This document shows positions 9,098 through 17,579 of a stretch of 56,547 nucleotides of DNA, in pieces. The translations under genes were made by a program, and so were the position numbers. Origin of the DNA: a virus (lineage: Duplodnaviria > Caudoviricetes); the IMG/VR virus record IMGVR_UViG_3300012926_000006, positions 1-56,547 of that record, one strand, 5' to 3'. Each line of letters begins with the position of its first letter. Position 1 is the first letter of the stretch. A model generated the notes under the pieces. It was not told the DNA's origin and ran no database searches. It worked only from the letters and a program-made list of their open reading frames with translations.

Positions 9098-10712
9098 TCG
9101 TATAACCCAAGGTCTGTACCCTGAAAAATGCCGCTTTGATAGACACATTGGTAGCAGCAACCACCCTGACAGATAGAATCATTTTCTTAAAGACCACCGG
9201 ATTAACCCACGGGACCGTAAATACCTGACTATTTGGAATGCTGGAGCGCCAGAGGAATTGCCCCCATTTCACCGCTCCCCATAGTGGATTAACCTCATAA
9301 AGCTTAATTGTCGCAGGAGAGAGATTATTATTTAGATCGTCATACATCGAAATGTAGTAGACAACTCCAACCCCAGCCCCGGCAAGTTCAATCGTGGACT
9401 CAATTACCGCGCTCATGGTCATAGGGGAACCTTCCATTGCGCCTGACACCAATTCACACAGAATATCCGCCCCGTTGTCCTTATAAACGGTCGTTGGTGT
9501 TGCAGTCACCGCATTACTGAACAATGTTCCGTTCACGTTATTGGATGTAATGTAAAAGACGTTGGAAACGCCTACGGCACAGTGATAGTCAAAGGTATGC
9601 GGTCCTGTCCAGCGTTGAAAAATGAAGTCGTACCAATAATCTTGCGATATATACGCGCTGTCCCAAATATTGTTAGTGCCATCCAGGCAAACCCGATACA
9701 TACCGTTTGAGTAAGCGCCTACCATCCTAGACGGCTGTGTAGCGGTCGCAAATGGAGCAACGATATCGGGTGTGATACCTGACCGTACCTGTAGATAATT
9801 GACTTGGCCGGACAAGTTTACATATCGTGGTCCATCATTAGCGATAAACAACACGCCCATAGGTGTACTCTGTATCGTTCTTGGCGCAACGCATCCTACG
9901 TTGTCAACGATGCGGCTTAATGAAAGCGGACTGGTAGTCACGGCGATATCACCAGAGATTTGCCACACTGAAGCCTGTTTAAAGACCAACAGAGACTGCA
10001 AAACAGCGCCGGAAGTCTGCCCCATAGGCAAACCGGCTGCGCCTGTTGTGGCGCTTCTATCATCGATGGTAAGGACGGCAGCAAAATTAGTATTGGAAAT
10101 GGTCAGTGCCAATACATCGGTGAAATACACCGCATTGCCGATACCAAAATATGCCCTTCCGAAGAACTGGGCTACCCATTGCGGAAGCGCAGGCAAGAGA
10201 TTTACGGTCGTGTTTCCAGCATTCCAAGCCGGAGCCGCAGGATTAGTCACATCGAAAAATCCGAATCGGTTTACGCCAGAAAATCCTGGATGCGTCACGA
10301 TGATGTAAATCCCCATTGCATCCATTGTCGGAGGAACCCATGCACCCGTAATAGGCTGGGTCAATGGCACGTTCGCACCAGTGACGCCGGATACCGTAAT
10401 AAATGCCTGGGCTACCGTGTCGTAACAAAACGGTTCGTCAAATCCAGGATTTCTAGCCGACCCTATCATCCCGAAAATCAATGTTCCAGAATTGAACATA
10501 ACCGACACAATAGCCGGTGACGTAAATCCTGGAAATGTAGAGACTGGAACAACACCGGGACGTGCTGCCACCGCTCCACGATTTTCCCTATCAAATACCA
10601 AGTTAGACAGAAGTTGGCAAGAGCCTGGAAACGCCGACGATTGATCTACGGAATCAGCGATACCAACAGGCAGAAATTGCAATGGATTGGAATTCCTGAT
10701 TGCCATTACCAA
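9090..10712 (-). CDS. Tail nozzle/packaged-DNA stabilization protein (P22 gp10-like)
   Basis: Beta-rich 540 aa, RPG motif, LLVFKQ..VW.I, VGCVAPRTI; follows adaptor. Confidence 0.7.
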   Translation of the reverse strand: MVMAIRNSNPLQFLPVGIADSVDQSSAFPGSCQLLSNLVFDRENRGAVAARPGVVPVSTFPGFTSPAIVSVMFNSGTLIFGMIGSARNPGFDEPFCYDTVAQAFITVSGVTGANVPLTQPITGAWVPPTMDAMGIYIIVTHPGFSGVNRFGFFDVTNPAAPAWNAGNTTVNLLPALPQWVAQFFGRAYFGIGNAVYFTDVLALTISNTNFAAVLTIDDRSATTGAAGLPMGQTSGAVLQSLLVFKQASVWQISGDIAVTTSPLSLSRIVDNVGCVAPRTIQSTPMGVLFIANDGPRYVNLSGQVNYLQVRSGITPDIVAPFATATQPSRMVGAYSNGMYRVCLDGTNNIWDSAYISQDYWYDFIFQRWTGPHTFDYHCAVGVSNVFYITSNNVNGTLFSNAVTATPTTVYKDNGADILCELVSGAMEGSPMTMSAVIESTIELAGAGVGVVYYISMYDDLNNNLSPATIKLYEVNPLWGAVKWGQFLWRSSIPNSQVFTVPWVNPVVFKKMILSVRVVAATNVSIKAAFFRVQTLGYTNA

Positions 10713-11383
10713 CCACCTTGCAACTTAGTCGGACGGACTCTACGGATAGACCTAAAACTACGTTCGTCTTTTTCAACGACAGTCGCCCGGTTTTCCTTAT
10801 CATTGGACATCTGAATCCAGCGCCGGAATTTATCGTCATTCATGCGGGACATTTGTTCAACGCGGGTATCGTCAGCAATATGCATCAGCTTTTCCGCAAC
10901 CATATCAATCAACAAATCCTGGTCTTGGAACCAAGGGATAACCATAGAATTTACCGGGTCGGCAATCTCTACCAAATTATCCATATAGCGAATCTGCAAT
11001 GTGAAAGCCAAAGATGGAGGCGGATAGAGCAATAAAGTCGGTGGAGTCGTGCCTATGTCGGTCGAATAGTAGTAGGGATAGTCTGTTAAGCCCGGATTGG
11101 TGTTTAACTGATCGTAATTTTTCAAGGCCAATTGAATTAGCCAGAAAATAGACCCGTTGATGTTATAAAAGGCTTCACGCATCCGCAAATAATTGACCGG
11201 CAAAGGATAGGCTACTTGGCCGGTAACGATATTAATCGTGGTCGTACGCCGGATAATGTCCATATCCTGTTCCAGCGCCAATTGCAAAAGTTTGGAATTC
11301 AAAAACTGCCCCGCTTGGGTAGTCATTCCAGGAACTTTTGCAATCTGCACGGCCAAACTAATTATTTGGGATGCGGTCAGCAT
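10706..11383 (-). CDS. Head-tail adaptor protein
   Basis: YPLP..Y.R and LLLYPPP motifs; position after capsid genes. Confidence 0.65.
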   Translation of the reverse strand: MLTASQIISLAVQIAKVPGMTTQAGQFLNSKLLQLALEQDMDIIRRTTTINIVTGQVAYPLPVNYLRMREAFYNINGSIFWLIQLALKNYDQLNTNPGLTDYPYYYSTDIGTTPPTLLLYPPPSLAFTLQIRYMDNLVEIADPVNSMVIPWFQDQDLLIDMVAEKLMHIADDTRVEQMSRMNDDKFRRWIQMSNDKENRATVVEKDERSFRSIRRVRPTKLQGGW

Positions 11384-11769
11384 TATGCAGCCTCTTTTTC
11401 CAATGCAGCCAGGATTTCTTCACCTTTTCCTACCTGATCAGTCAACATTTCAATTTGCTTTTGGCAGGTGTCTTGTTGAGATTTTTCCGCACTGTTCAAC
11501 TTCCGGCCTTGCTCTTGAAATGCCAATTCTTCAAAGCGTTTTTTGGTCTTTTCCAAGGCATCTTTTTGGTCTTGCAAAGCACCTTTGACGGCAGGCAGTT
11601 TCATGCGCTTCAATTCCTGCTTTTCCATTGCGGTAAAAATCTTGTCTAGTTCCAATTCAATGGTTTTAGCATCGGCTTCTAGTGGCAGATTTCCGCTAAC
11701 GGTCAATGCCATGCGTTCGCCGATTTGAATGGAAGTTTGGAACAGATAACCCGGTTTTTGATCACTCAT
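11383..11769 (-). CDS. Hypothetical coiled-coil protein
   Basis: ORF in late operon, coupled to adaptor. Confidence 0.5.
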   Translation of the reverse strand: MSDQKPGYLFQTSIQIGERMALTVSGNLPLEADAKTIELELDKIFTAMEKQELKRMKLPAVKGALQDQKDALEKTKKRFEELAFQEQGRKLNSAEKSQQDTCQKQIEMLTDQVGKGEEILAALEKEAA

Positions 11770-11783
11770 TTTTTTACCCTTTA

Positions 11784-12140
11784 TTAAACTGCGCGGAATG
11801 TTTTCTTACGGCCAGAATTCTCGGACTCATGCAAACTTGCCTCATGCGCCCAGCAACGCCTTTCAGCTTCTTCCAAGGCCCATTTAAGATCGTTGGACAC
11901 TTGATAGCTCTGCCCGTGGTAGTACATCTTTCCAGCCAAGTGAATACCCTTACCAGCGGCAGGCGGCAGATTCAAAGTGATAGAAGTTGCAGCGCGTTTT
12001 TCCGCTTCTGCAAGTAGTTTGTCGGTTGCCGCCCGTGCGTCACGTTCAGCGCGTAATTGTTCTAGTTCTTCGCGTTCAGCATCAGCCAGTACCGTATCAC
12101 CCAAATTAACCGGGTCTTTATCTTCGCTCTTGGTTCGCAT
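11784..12140 (-). CDS. Hypothetical protein downstream of capsid
   Basis: ORF with RBS (GAGGG) after terminator. Confidence 0.5.
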   Translation of the reverse strand: MRTKSEDKDPVNLGDTVLADAEREELEQLRAERDARAATDKLLAEAEKRAATSITLNLPPAAGKGIHLAGKMYYHGQSYQVSNDLKWALEEAERRCWAHEASLHESENSGRKKTFRAV

Positions 12141-12155
12141 GTTTCCCTCATAAAT

Positions 12156-12179
12156 AAAAAAAGGCCCCCGAAGGGGCCT
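12156..12179 (-). terminator. Terminator after major capsid gene
   Basis: AGGCCCC-UUCG-GGGGCCU plus U tract. Confidence 0.85.
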
Positions 12180-12183
12180 CAGA

Positions 12184-13575
12184 TTAGTTCAACGCGCCGT
12201 TAGTGATGACGTTGGCGTAGTTAGAACCGGATTCAAAACGCATGAAAAATGCCTGATTCAAAATCATTGTGCCGTAGAAGATTTTCCACGAAATGACGCG
12301 CAATTGATTATGCGGGTCAGACTTATCCGCTTTGTTCAAATACTCAAACTGGGCACTGTCCAAAGTGACTTGACCATATGCGCCTTTACCGATGAAGAAT
12401 GAAGGGTACACAGTCACACCTGTGGCGGGAGCCGCAGGAGCTACTAGGGAAGGCGTAGCGCTGTTTTGCAAGCTGGACACCGTTGGACCTGGACCAGTCA
12501 GCAAAACGGTTTGAGAACCCGCCATTTGTGTAGCATAGCCTGCAAACGCGCCGACTGTTGGACCAGCAGCAGACAAAGCCAATGTCAGAGGCGTTGTACC
12601 GGCTGGGCCAGACAAATACGCATTGAAGGTATAGCCTGTTACGGTAGGTGCTGGCAATACCACTGACATACCTTGACCAGCAGTCATAGCGATGTTGCCG
12701 CTGGACTGATGAACAATACGTTCAAAGCCGAAAACAGGGTCTGTTTCGGTAATGAACAATTGATAGTTGGCGGTTGTGAAAGTGCCGACGCCGGAAGAAG
12801 TACCGGTAATCAGTGCTGCGCCCAAATACCAAGGAGTCATGTTTGTGGAAGTGAAACGCACACCACCCCACATACCGACTTCCATGTTATACAGCACGTC
12901 AATATCGCTGTAAGACCATGCGTTTGCCATTACGGTGTTAGAGCGCAAATCTTGCTCTACCAATGGATGGATGATGGAAACGTAGTGTGGTTTATTCTTA
13001 CCACCGCCGCGAATCACATCCAATTCTTCTTTTTGGTCTTCAAAGTCGGGAGCGCCGAACTTTGGAGCGCCGACCGTATTCAGAGAACCAACTGCCTTAT
13101 TGATTTCTGTGACGCCCATAACGTCAGTAGCAAGCAAACTGGCGCGAGTTGTTTTGCTGTTGGCATAGGCAATGTTAGTGCCAGACATCAGAGCATTTTG
13201 AGTGTTACGCTCCAAAGTCTCTGCCAATTGCAAAGCAGTTACGCGCATGCCTTCCTTGAACAGATTATGCTCAATGGTCAGCATATCCACGTCAGTGATA
13301 TACACCGAGTCGCCCCATTGCTGAGCGGTTGCAACCTGTTGGCTGATCGGCATAATTTCACCGACCGATGGAACACCTTCGGCCAGCGGAGCGCCCGGCA
13401 GATTGATACGGCTGTAACGTGTTGCGGTATAGCTAGTACCGCGATTTTTCGGCAGTGTTAGCGGAACACCGAATTGAAACGCAACAAGAAAACGCTGTGC
13501 CAAAGGCAGTGTTTTTTTCTGGATATAGTTCGATATATCCGCGCTAAAACTAGCGCTTTTATTAATATTTGCCAT
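12184..13575 (-). CDS. Major capsid protein (N4 gp56-like, HK97 fold)
   Basis: LPKNRG, PLAEGVP, QWGD..ITD, IIHP..DL, EVG..GGVRF, DPHNQ..ISWK. Confidence 0.85.
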   Translation of the reverse strand: MANINKSASFSADISNYIQKKTLPLAQRFLVAFQFGVPLTLPKNRGTSYTATRYSRINLPGAPLAEGVPSVGEIMPISQQVATAQQWGDSVYITDVDMLTIEHNLFKEGMRVTALQLAETLERNTQNALMSGTNIAYANSKTTRASLLATDVMGVTEINKAVGSLNTVGAPKFGAPDFEDQKEELDVIRGGGKNKPHYVSIIHPLVEQDLRSNTVMANAWSYSDIDVLYNMEVGMWGGVRFTSTNMTPWYLGAALITGTSSGVGTFTTANYQLFITETDPVFGFERIVHQSSGNIAMTAGQGMSVVLPAPTVTGYTFNAYLSGPAGTTPLTLALSAAGPTVGAFAGYATQMAGSQTVLLTGPGPTVSSLQNSATPSLVAPAAPATGVTVYPSFFIGKGAYGQVTLDSAQFEYLNKADKSDPHNQLRVISWKIFYGTMILNQAFFMRFESGSNYANVITNGALN

Positions 13576-13591
13576 GATTAGGACTCCAAAT

Positions 13592-13612
13592 AAAAAGCCC
13601 CATTAAGGGGCT
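13592..13612 (-). terminator. Terminator-like hairpin between scaffold and capsid genes
   Basis: AGCCCC/GGGGCU stem plus U5. Confidence 0.55.
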
Positions 13613-14339
13613 ATAGAACGATTCCCTTGAGCCGGTCAAATTCCGTGCTCTCGGTCTTTGTAGCTGCCACATTCGATTTGTTGACTAGAGGTTTTCCAGT
13701 GGCGGCTTTCACACGTTGCGCAGCATCGCGTTTAATCGCCGGGGCCTGTTTCATCTTTTCTCGTGCATCCATACCCATCAAACGAATGAGTACGTCTTCA
13801 CGTTTCGGAAAAATTCCTTGCTTACGCGCATCGACTAGGGTTTTCTCTACTCGGTCGATATAAGCGGCCTCTGTTGGATTCTTAGAAACTTGCATTAAGA
13901 AGTCGGAACGGTCTTGCATGTCCATATTTGCAAACTGGACTTGGCGGATAGTTTGGTCCGCTTGACGCTGCCATTTCTCTAGGTCTGTCAGGTTTTCGTC
14001 TTCCTGTGGACGTTGGACGGTTTGCCGTTGCTGACGCTCCATTTCCAATTGACGTTCCAACAGTTCCGCACGTTGTTCGGCCAATTTCTTTTCATTGGCT
14101 AGAGCTTGGATGCGTTGCTGACCCCTAGTTAGAGGTTTAGGTTCGTCGTCTTCTTCTTCCTGTGCTTTTGGCGGTTCGTCAGGGTCAGGTTCTGGTTCAG
14201 TTGGTGCGTCTTCAACAGGCGCATCATCTTCCACAGGGTCATCTTCCTCACCGTATCCTGGCGGATTATCTACATCGTCAACAGGTGTATTCAGACCTTC
14301 GTTCAATGCTTCTGCGTCGATTCCATCTTCCTTACTCAT
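13611..14339 (-). CDS. Capsid scaffolding protein
   Basis: Acidic Pro-rich N-terminus, QQRIQALANEKK coiled coil, directly upstream of the capsid gene. Confidence 0.75.
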   Translation of the reverse strand: MSKEDGIDAEALNEGLNTPVDDVDNPPGYGEEDDPVEDDAPVEDAPTEPEPDPDEPPKAQEEEDDEPKPLTRGQQRIQALANEKKLAEQRAELLERQLEMERQQRQTVQRPQEDENLTDLEKWQRQADQTIRQVQFANMDMQDRSDFLMQVSKNPTEAAYIDRVEKTLVDARKQGIFPKREDVLIRLMGMDAREKMKQAPAIKRDAAQRVKAATGKPLVNKSNVAATKTESTEFDRLKGIVL

Positions 14340-14354
14340 TTCTTTTCCTCTTGA

Positions 14355-14431
14355 GTGAATTTACGATCACCAACCCGAAAGCGGATAACGTCCGCAGGTC
14401 GAATGCGACTCTGTTACGTGGAGTCATGGCG
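14355..14431 (-). promoter_or_regulatory. Three tandem hairpins with CGUWA loops in scaffold leader
   Basis: GACUC-CACGUAACA-GAGUC, GCGGA-CGUUA-UCCGC, GUGA-UCGUAAAU-UCAC, each preceded by UUCG. Confidence 0.7.
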
Positions 14432-14454
14432 AAAAAAAAGAGCCTTTCGGCTCT
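14432..14454 (-). terminator. Terminator upstream of scaffold leader
   Basis: AGAGCC-GAAA-GGCUCU plus U tract. Confidence 0.8.
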
Positions 14455-14477
14455 CGTTGATGCGACTACTTTAAAAC

Positions 14478-14942
14478 TTAAGTGCTGCTGCCTTTAATCA
14501 CTGTGAAATTCAGTGAAGGCGATAAAGTGTCAGCCGTTGCCGTACTTACGTTGGCAATACGAATAACAAAAGAGTTAGCCGCAACAGCAGCAATTGTGAA
14601 AATGGATGTGTTGGCGGTAGAACCAGCGGCCAAATTCAATAAAATCGTGTCGCCAGCGGCGACAGTCGTATTATTCACAGTAAAACTCACTGATGTAGAT
14701 GCGGCTAAGGACGTTGCCTGACCAATGATTTGGCCTGTCAGTTTGTTTAATGTCACAGCGGTTGTGCGGTCTGTCGCTTGGCTAACTGTGCCGCCAACGC
14801 CTTGACCAGTGACATACCCGATACCCGTACCGGATGCGCCGTTAAGTTGTTGGACTACGTTATAGAGGTCAAGCATCGTCTGTGTGACATCAGCTAGACG
14901 GGACGGCGCATTGTTATAGGGCGCTGGTAAAGTAACTGGCAT
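14478..14942 (-). CDS. Putative head decoration/fibre protein, anchor paralog 3
   Basis: N-terminus [31 protein letters not shown] shared with two neighbours; beta-rich C-terminus. Confidence 0.6.
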   Translation of the reverse strand: MPVTLPAPYNNAPSRLADVTQTMLDLYNVVQQLNGASGTGIGYVTGQGVGGTVSQATDRTTAVTLNKLTGQIIGQATSLAASTSVSFTVNNTTVAAGDTILLNLAAGSTANTSIFTIAAVAANSFVIRIANVSTATADTLSPSLNFTVIKGSST

Positions 14943-14961
14943 GATTTTTCCTTAAAATGAA

Positions 14962-15840
14962 CTACATCAAAATTTCTTGACCGTTTCTAAATAGAAATCC
15001 AGGTGTTCCGGTCGTGTTTACAGTTCTCAGTCTTGCGTAATATGCAGTTGGAACAAATCCAGAAACGACAACTGTTTGAGTAAGAACTGAATTCAATGCA
15101 ATCGCTAATGTCACCGTTTGACCGTTCTGACCAATGGACAGAGTTTGTACGTTCGTAGTGAATCCAGAATCGCTTGCAATTTCTAAGATTACATCGCCGT
15201 CTTGGTTGCTTCCTATAGAGGCGGTAGACGTAATCCGAACGCTATAGATCGCCAAAGCAGGACGGCTAGCACTGATTTGAAAAGCTGAATTCAATGAATG
15301 TGTTGCAGATGCTTGGCTCGGTGTCGCCGCAGGAGTTCCAGCCGGGCCTTGTGGTCCTGTCGCACCGGTCGAACCTTGTGAACCTGTTGCACCAGTGCTG
15401 CCTGTAGGTCCTGTGGCTCCGGTCGCACCTGGGTCGCCTTGCGGACCAGTAGCGCCTGCCAGTCCAGTATTGCCGGTATCTCCTTTAACGCCTTGTGAGC
15501 CGGTTGCACCTGTAGCCCCAGCGTCGCCTGGAACCCCTTGAGGCCCGGCACTACCAGTTGCTCCTTGCGGTCCTGTAGCACCTTGTGGACCCGTTGGTCC
15601 TGTAACTCCAGTGATATTTAAAACGCCGGAATCAACAGTAATTCCAGTGCCCAAGGTCGCATATCCTGGCTGTACAGTATCGTTATCAAAGATAATGACG
15701 CCGGTAGAGACTGGATGTGTAGGCATGCGAAAATTATTGCCAGTATCCGTAGAATTTCGCTGCGTGAAAATAATGTCACTTGGACCGGCAAGACACAATG
15801 AAGTAATTCCAAGTAAACCAATGACAAGAAAGTTTTTCAT
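14962..15840 (-). CDS. Collagen-like protein with signal-peptide-like N-terminus
   Basis: 31 contiguous G-X-Y triplets; [18 protein letters not shown] start (ATG 15840, ATGA overlap). Confidence 0.8.
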   Translation of the reverse strand: MKNFLVIGLLGITSLCLAGPSDIIFTQRNSTDTGNNFRMPTHPVSTGVIIFDNDTVQPGYATLGTGITVDSGVLNITGVTGPTGPQGATGPQGATGSAGPQGVPGDAGATGATGSQGVKGDTGNTGLAGATGPQGDPGATGATGPTGSTGATGSQGSTGATGPQGPAGTPAATPSQASATHSLNSAFQISASRPALAIYSVRITSTASIGSNQDGDVILEIASDSGFTTNVQTLSIGQNGQTVTLAIALNSVLTQTVVVSGFVPTAYYARLRTVNTTGTPGFLFRNGQEILM

Positions 15841-16244
15841 TGTAGGAATATCCAAGTATTTACTGCCACTTTTTGAAATCCAAAGCAGTCATTGGCATTC
15901 AATGCCGCGAACGTATTCAAGAAACTTGCGCCGGTCATTGTCAGGCTAGTGATAGCTTGGGTCGTTCCAATAAATCGGATTTGTCCGAGTACACTTTTTG
16001 CATCACTGGGAAATTGAACAGTTAAACTTGCTAAAGTCCCGGCAGGTGTTAAAAACAAAGTGCCATCTGTAGAATCGTTGATCATCTGTACGGTTTGGCC
16101 AGTCGTCGGAGTGACTGGTTGAACGACTCTTAAATTTCCCGTGTTCAATTGCTGAACAACGTTATATAAATCCATCATTCCTTGAGTCATATCCGCAGTG
16201 CGGACAGGCGCATTGTTGTAAGTGGAAGGCAGAGTAATAGCCAT
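15837..16244 (-). CDS. Putative head decoration/fibre protein, anchor paralog 2
   Basis: [31 protein letters not shown]; [14 protein letters not shown] beta domain. Confidence 0.6.
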   Translation of the reverse strand: MAITLPSTYNNAPVRTADMTQGMMDLYNVVQQLNTGNLRVVQPVTPTTGQTVQMINDSTDGTLFLTPAGTLASLTVQFPSDAKSVLGQIRFIGTTQAITSLTMTGASFLNTFAALNANDCFGFQKVAVNTWIFLQ

Positions 16245-16251
16245 ATCATCC

Positions 16252-16836
16252 TTATGACGAATTTTGACCTGTAATCAAAATCCTGATTGCAGGAACCATC
16301 AAAGAACCGCCTGGAAGTGATGTCAGAGTGGTAGTTTGAAACGTCGCACCTGCATTGCTGGCCCATACATAAATTCTTGCCCTAGCCCCAGCCGGAAAGA
16401 AGTTCAAAGAAATGAAAAGAACCTGACCGGCAATATTCACGTTAATGTTTTCTTGACGGCCAGATAAGGGGATGGAAACAAAAGTACCATTACCTAAATC
16501 GACTTCAGCACCAAAAAATATAGTCGTTGTCGCTGCGTCGAATACATTCAATTCAAACAGAAATTGATAAGTGCCAGTTTGTAAAAACGAAATGATTCCA
16601 GTAGCAGTATCAAAGCCAATATTCTGAAAACTATTAATCGTGGGCGCTGTCAAAATGGTAGGTGTAGTCGGCACACCAACGGAAACAACATTGTTAGATG
16701 CATCCAAAGCGGCAATGATTGATGGCGAAAGACCGGCATTAATCTGTGTAACTACGTTCGCCAAGTCAAGCATGTCTTGCGTCATGTCCGCAGTGCGCGT
16801 TGTCGCATTCTGGAACCGTGAAGGTAGAGTAATCAT
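16252..16836 (-). CDS. Putative head decoration/fibre protein, anchor paralog 1 (C1q/BclA-like C-terminus)
   Basis: TLPSRFQNATTRTADMTQDMLDLANVVTQIN; TGIISFLQTGTYQF motif. Confidence 0.55.
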   Translation of the reverse strand: MITLPSRFQNATTRTADMTQDMLDLANVVTQINAGLSPSIIAALDASNNVVSVGVPTTPTILTAPTINSFQNIGFDTATGIISFLQTGTYQFLFELNVFDAATTTIFFGAEVDLGNGTFVSIPLSGRQENINVNIAGQVLFISLNFFPAGARARIYVWASNAGATFQTTTLTSLPGGSLMVPAIRILITGQNSS

Positions 16837-16844
16837 GTCAGACC

Positions 16845-17153
16845 TTAAGGACGATTAAAAAAGATAGTACAGCTTACAGTCCCGCTGATGACCACATTGC
16901 ACCCTGTCCGATATTTCGCCGGTAGCGAATAGAATGTCGCAGCAACAGGCGTGAAAGTATCGATAATCTTGGTTGTAGTGCCCGCCGCTGGTTCATCATA
17001 GACCGTGATAGTCGGCGTTGCAGACGCTGCTGAAACGAAGATGCCTCTAAGGTATCCATAACCCGCCGTCGCGCTCCCTGAAGTCGCTATGTTGACCGTA
17101 GCCGCTGTTTGCACATAATCGTAGGCATCCGTAATTAACTGGTTTGTTGACAT
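16845..17153 (-). CDS. Small beta-rich virion protein
   Basis: GYLRGIFV..TITVYD motif; likely start ATG 17153. Confidence 0.5.
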   Translation of the reverse strand: MSTNQLITDAYDYVQTAATVNIATSGSATAGYGYLRGIFVSAASATPTITVYDEPAAGTTTKIIDTFTPVAATFYSLPAKYRTGCNVVISGTVSCTIFFNRP

Positions 17154-17161
17154 GCTGATTC

Positions 17162-17578
17162 CTAATGTTGATCGGGTCCGCCAAATTGCTTTAGCGCCCA
17201 AGTACAGAATGCGATAATTTCAGATGGTGACGCATCGTTTTTCATGCTATTGGCGCGATAACTAATCACTTGAACATTACCTTTTATATAGCCTTGACTT
17301 TGCACAATACGGTCTAGAGTCGGTGAACTTGGTAATACAGTTCCCTTTCCTCTTTCAAGGCGGATACCTAATATCGGGCAAAATTCTGGAATGACGATAT
17401 CTGTAACGTCGATATTGAATTCCAACCCTTTTAATCTGGCCCGTTTCTTCGCCGGATACCATAGGCTGCGTTCAATAGTGTTGTATCGTTCCTTATCACG
17501 GTCAGATAGCTTTTGCGTATTCGCCAACCTATATTTCCGGTCATTCGCCCGTTTTTCAGTAATTGATTTATATGGCAT
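17162..17578 (-). CDS. HNH-family homing endonuclease
   Basis: CPILG, SPTLDRI..GYIKGNVQVISYRANSMK; start ATG 17578. Confidence 0.8.
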   Translation of the reverse strand: MPYKSITEKRANDRKYRLANTQKLSDRDKERYNTIERSLWYPAKKRARLKGLEFNIDVTDIVIPEFCPILGIRLERGKGTVLPSSPTLDRIVQSQGYIKGNVQVISYRANSMKNDASPSEIIAFCTWALKQFGGPDQH

Positions 17579-17579
17579 A

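Noticed and set aside
12673-13461. 262-aa plus-strand ORF
   Set aside because: Antisense to the capsid gene, with no RBS or motif
14355-14431. Mini CRISPR array
   Set aside because: Stems differ in sequence, there are no spacer-length intervals and no cas genes
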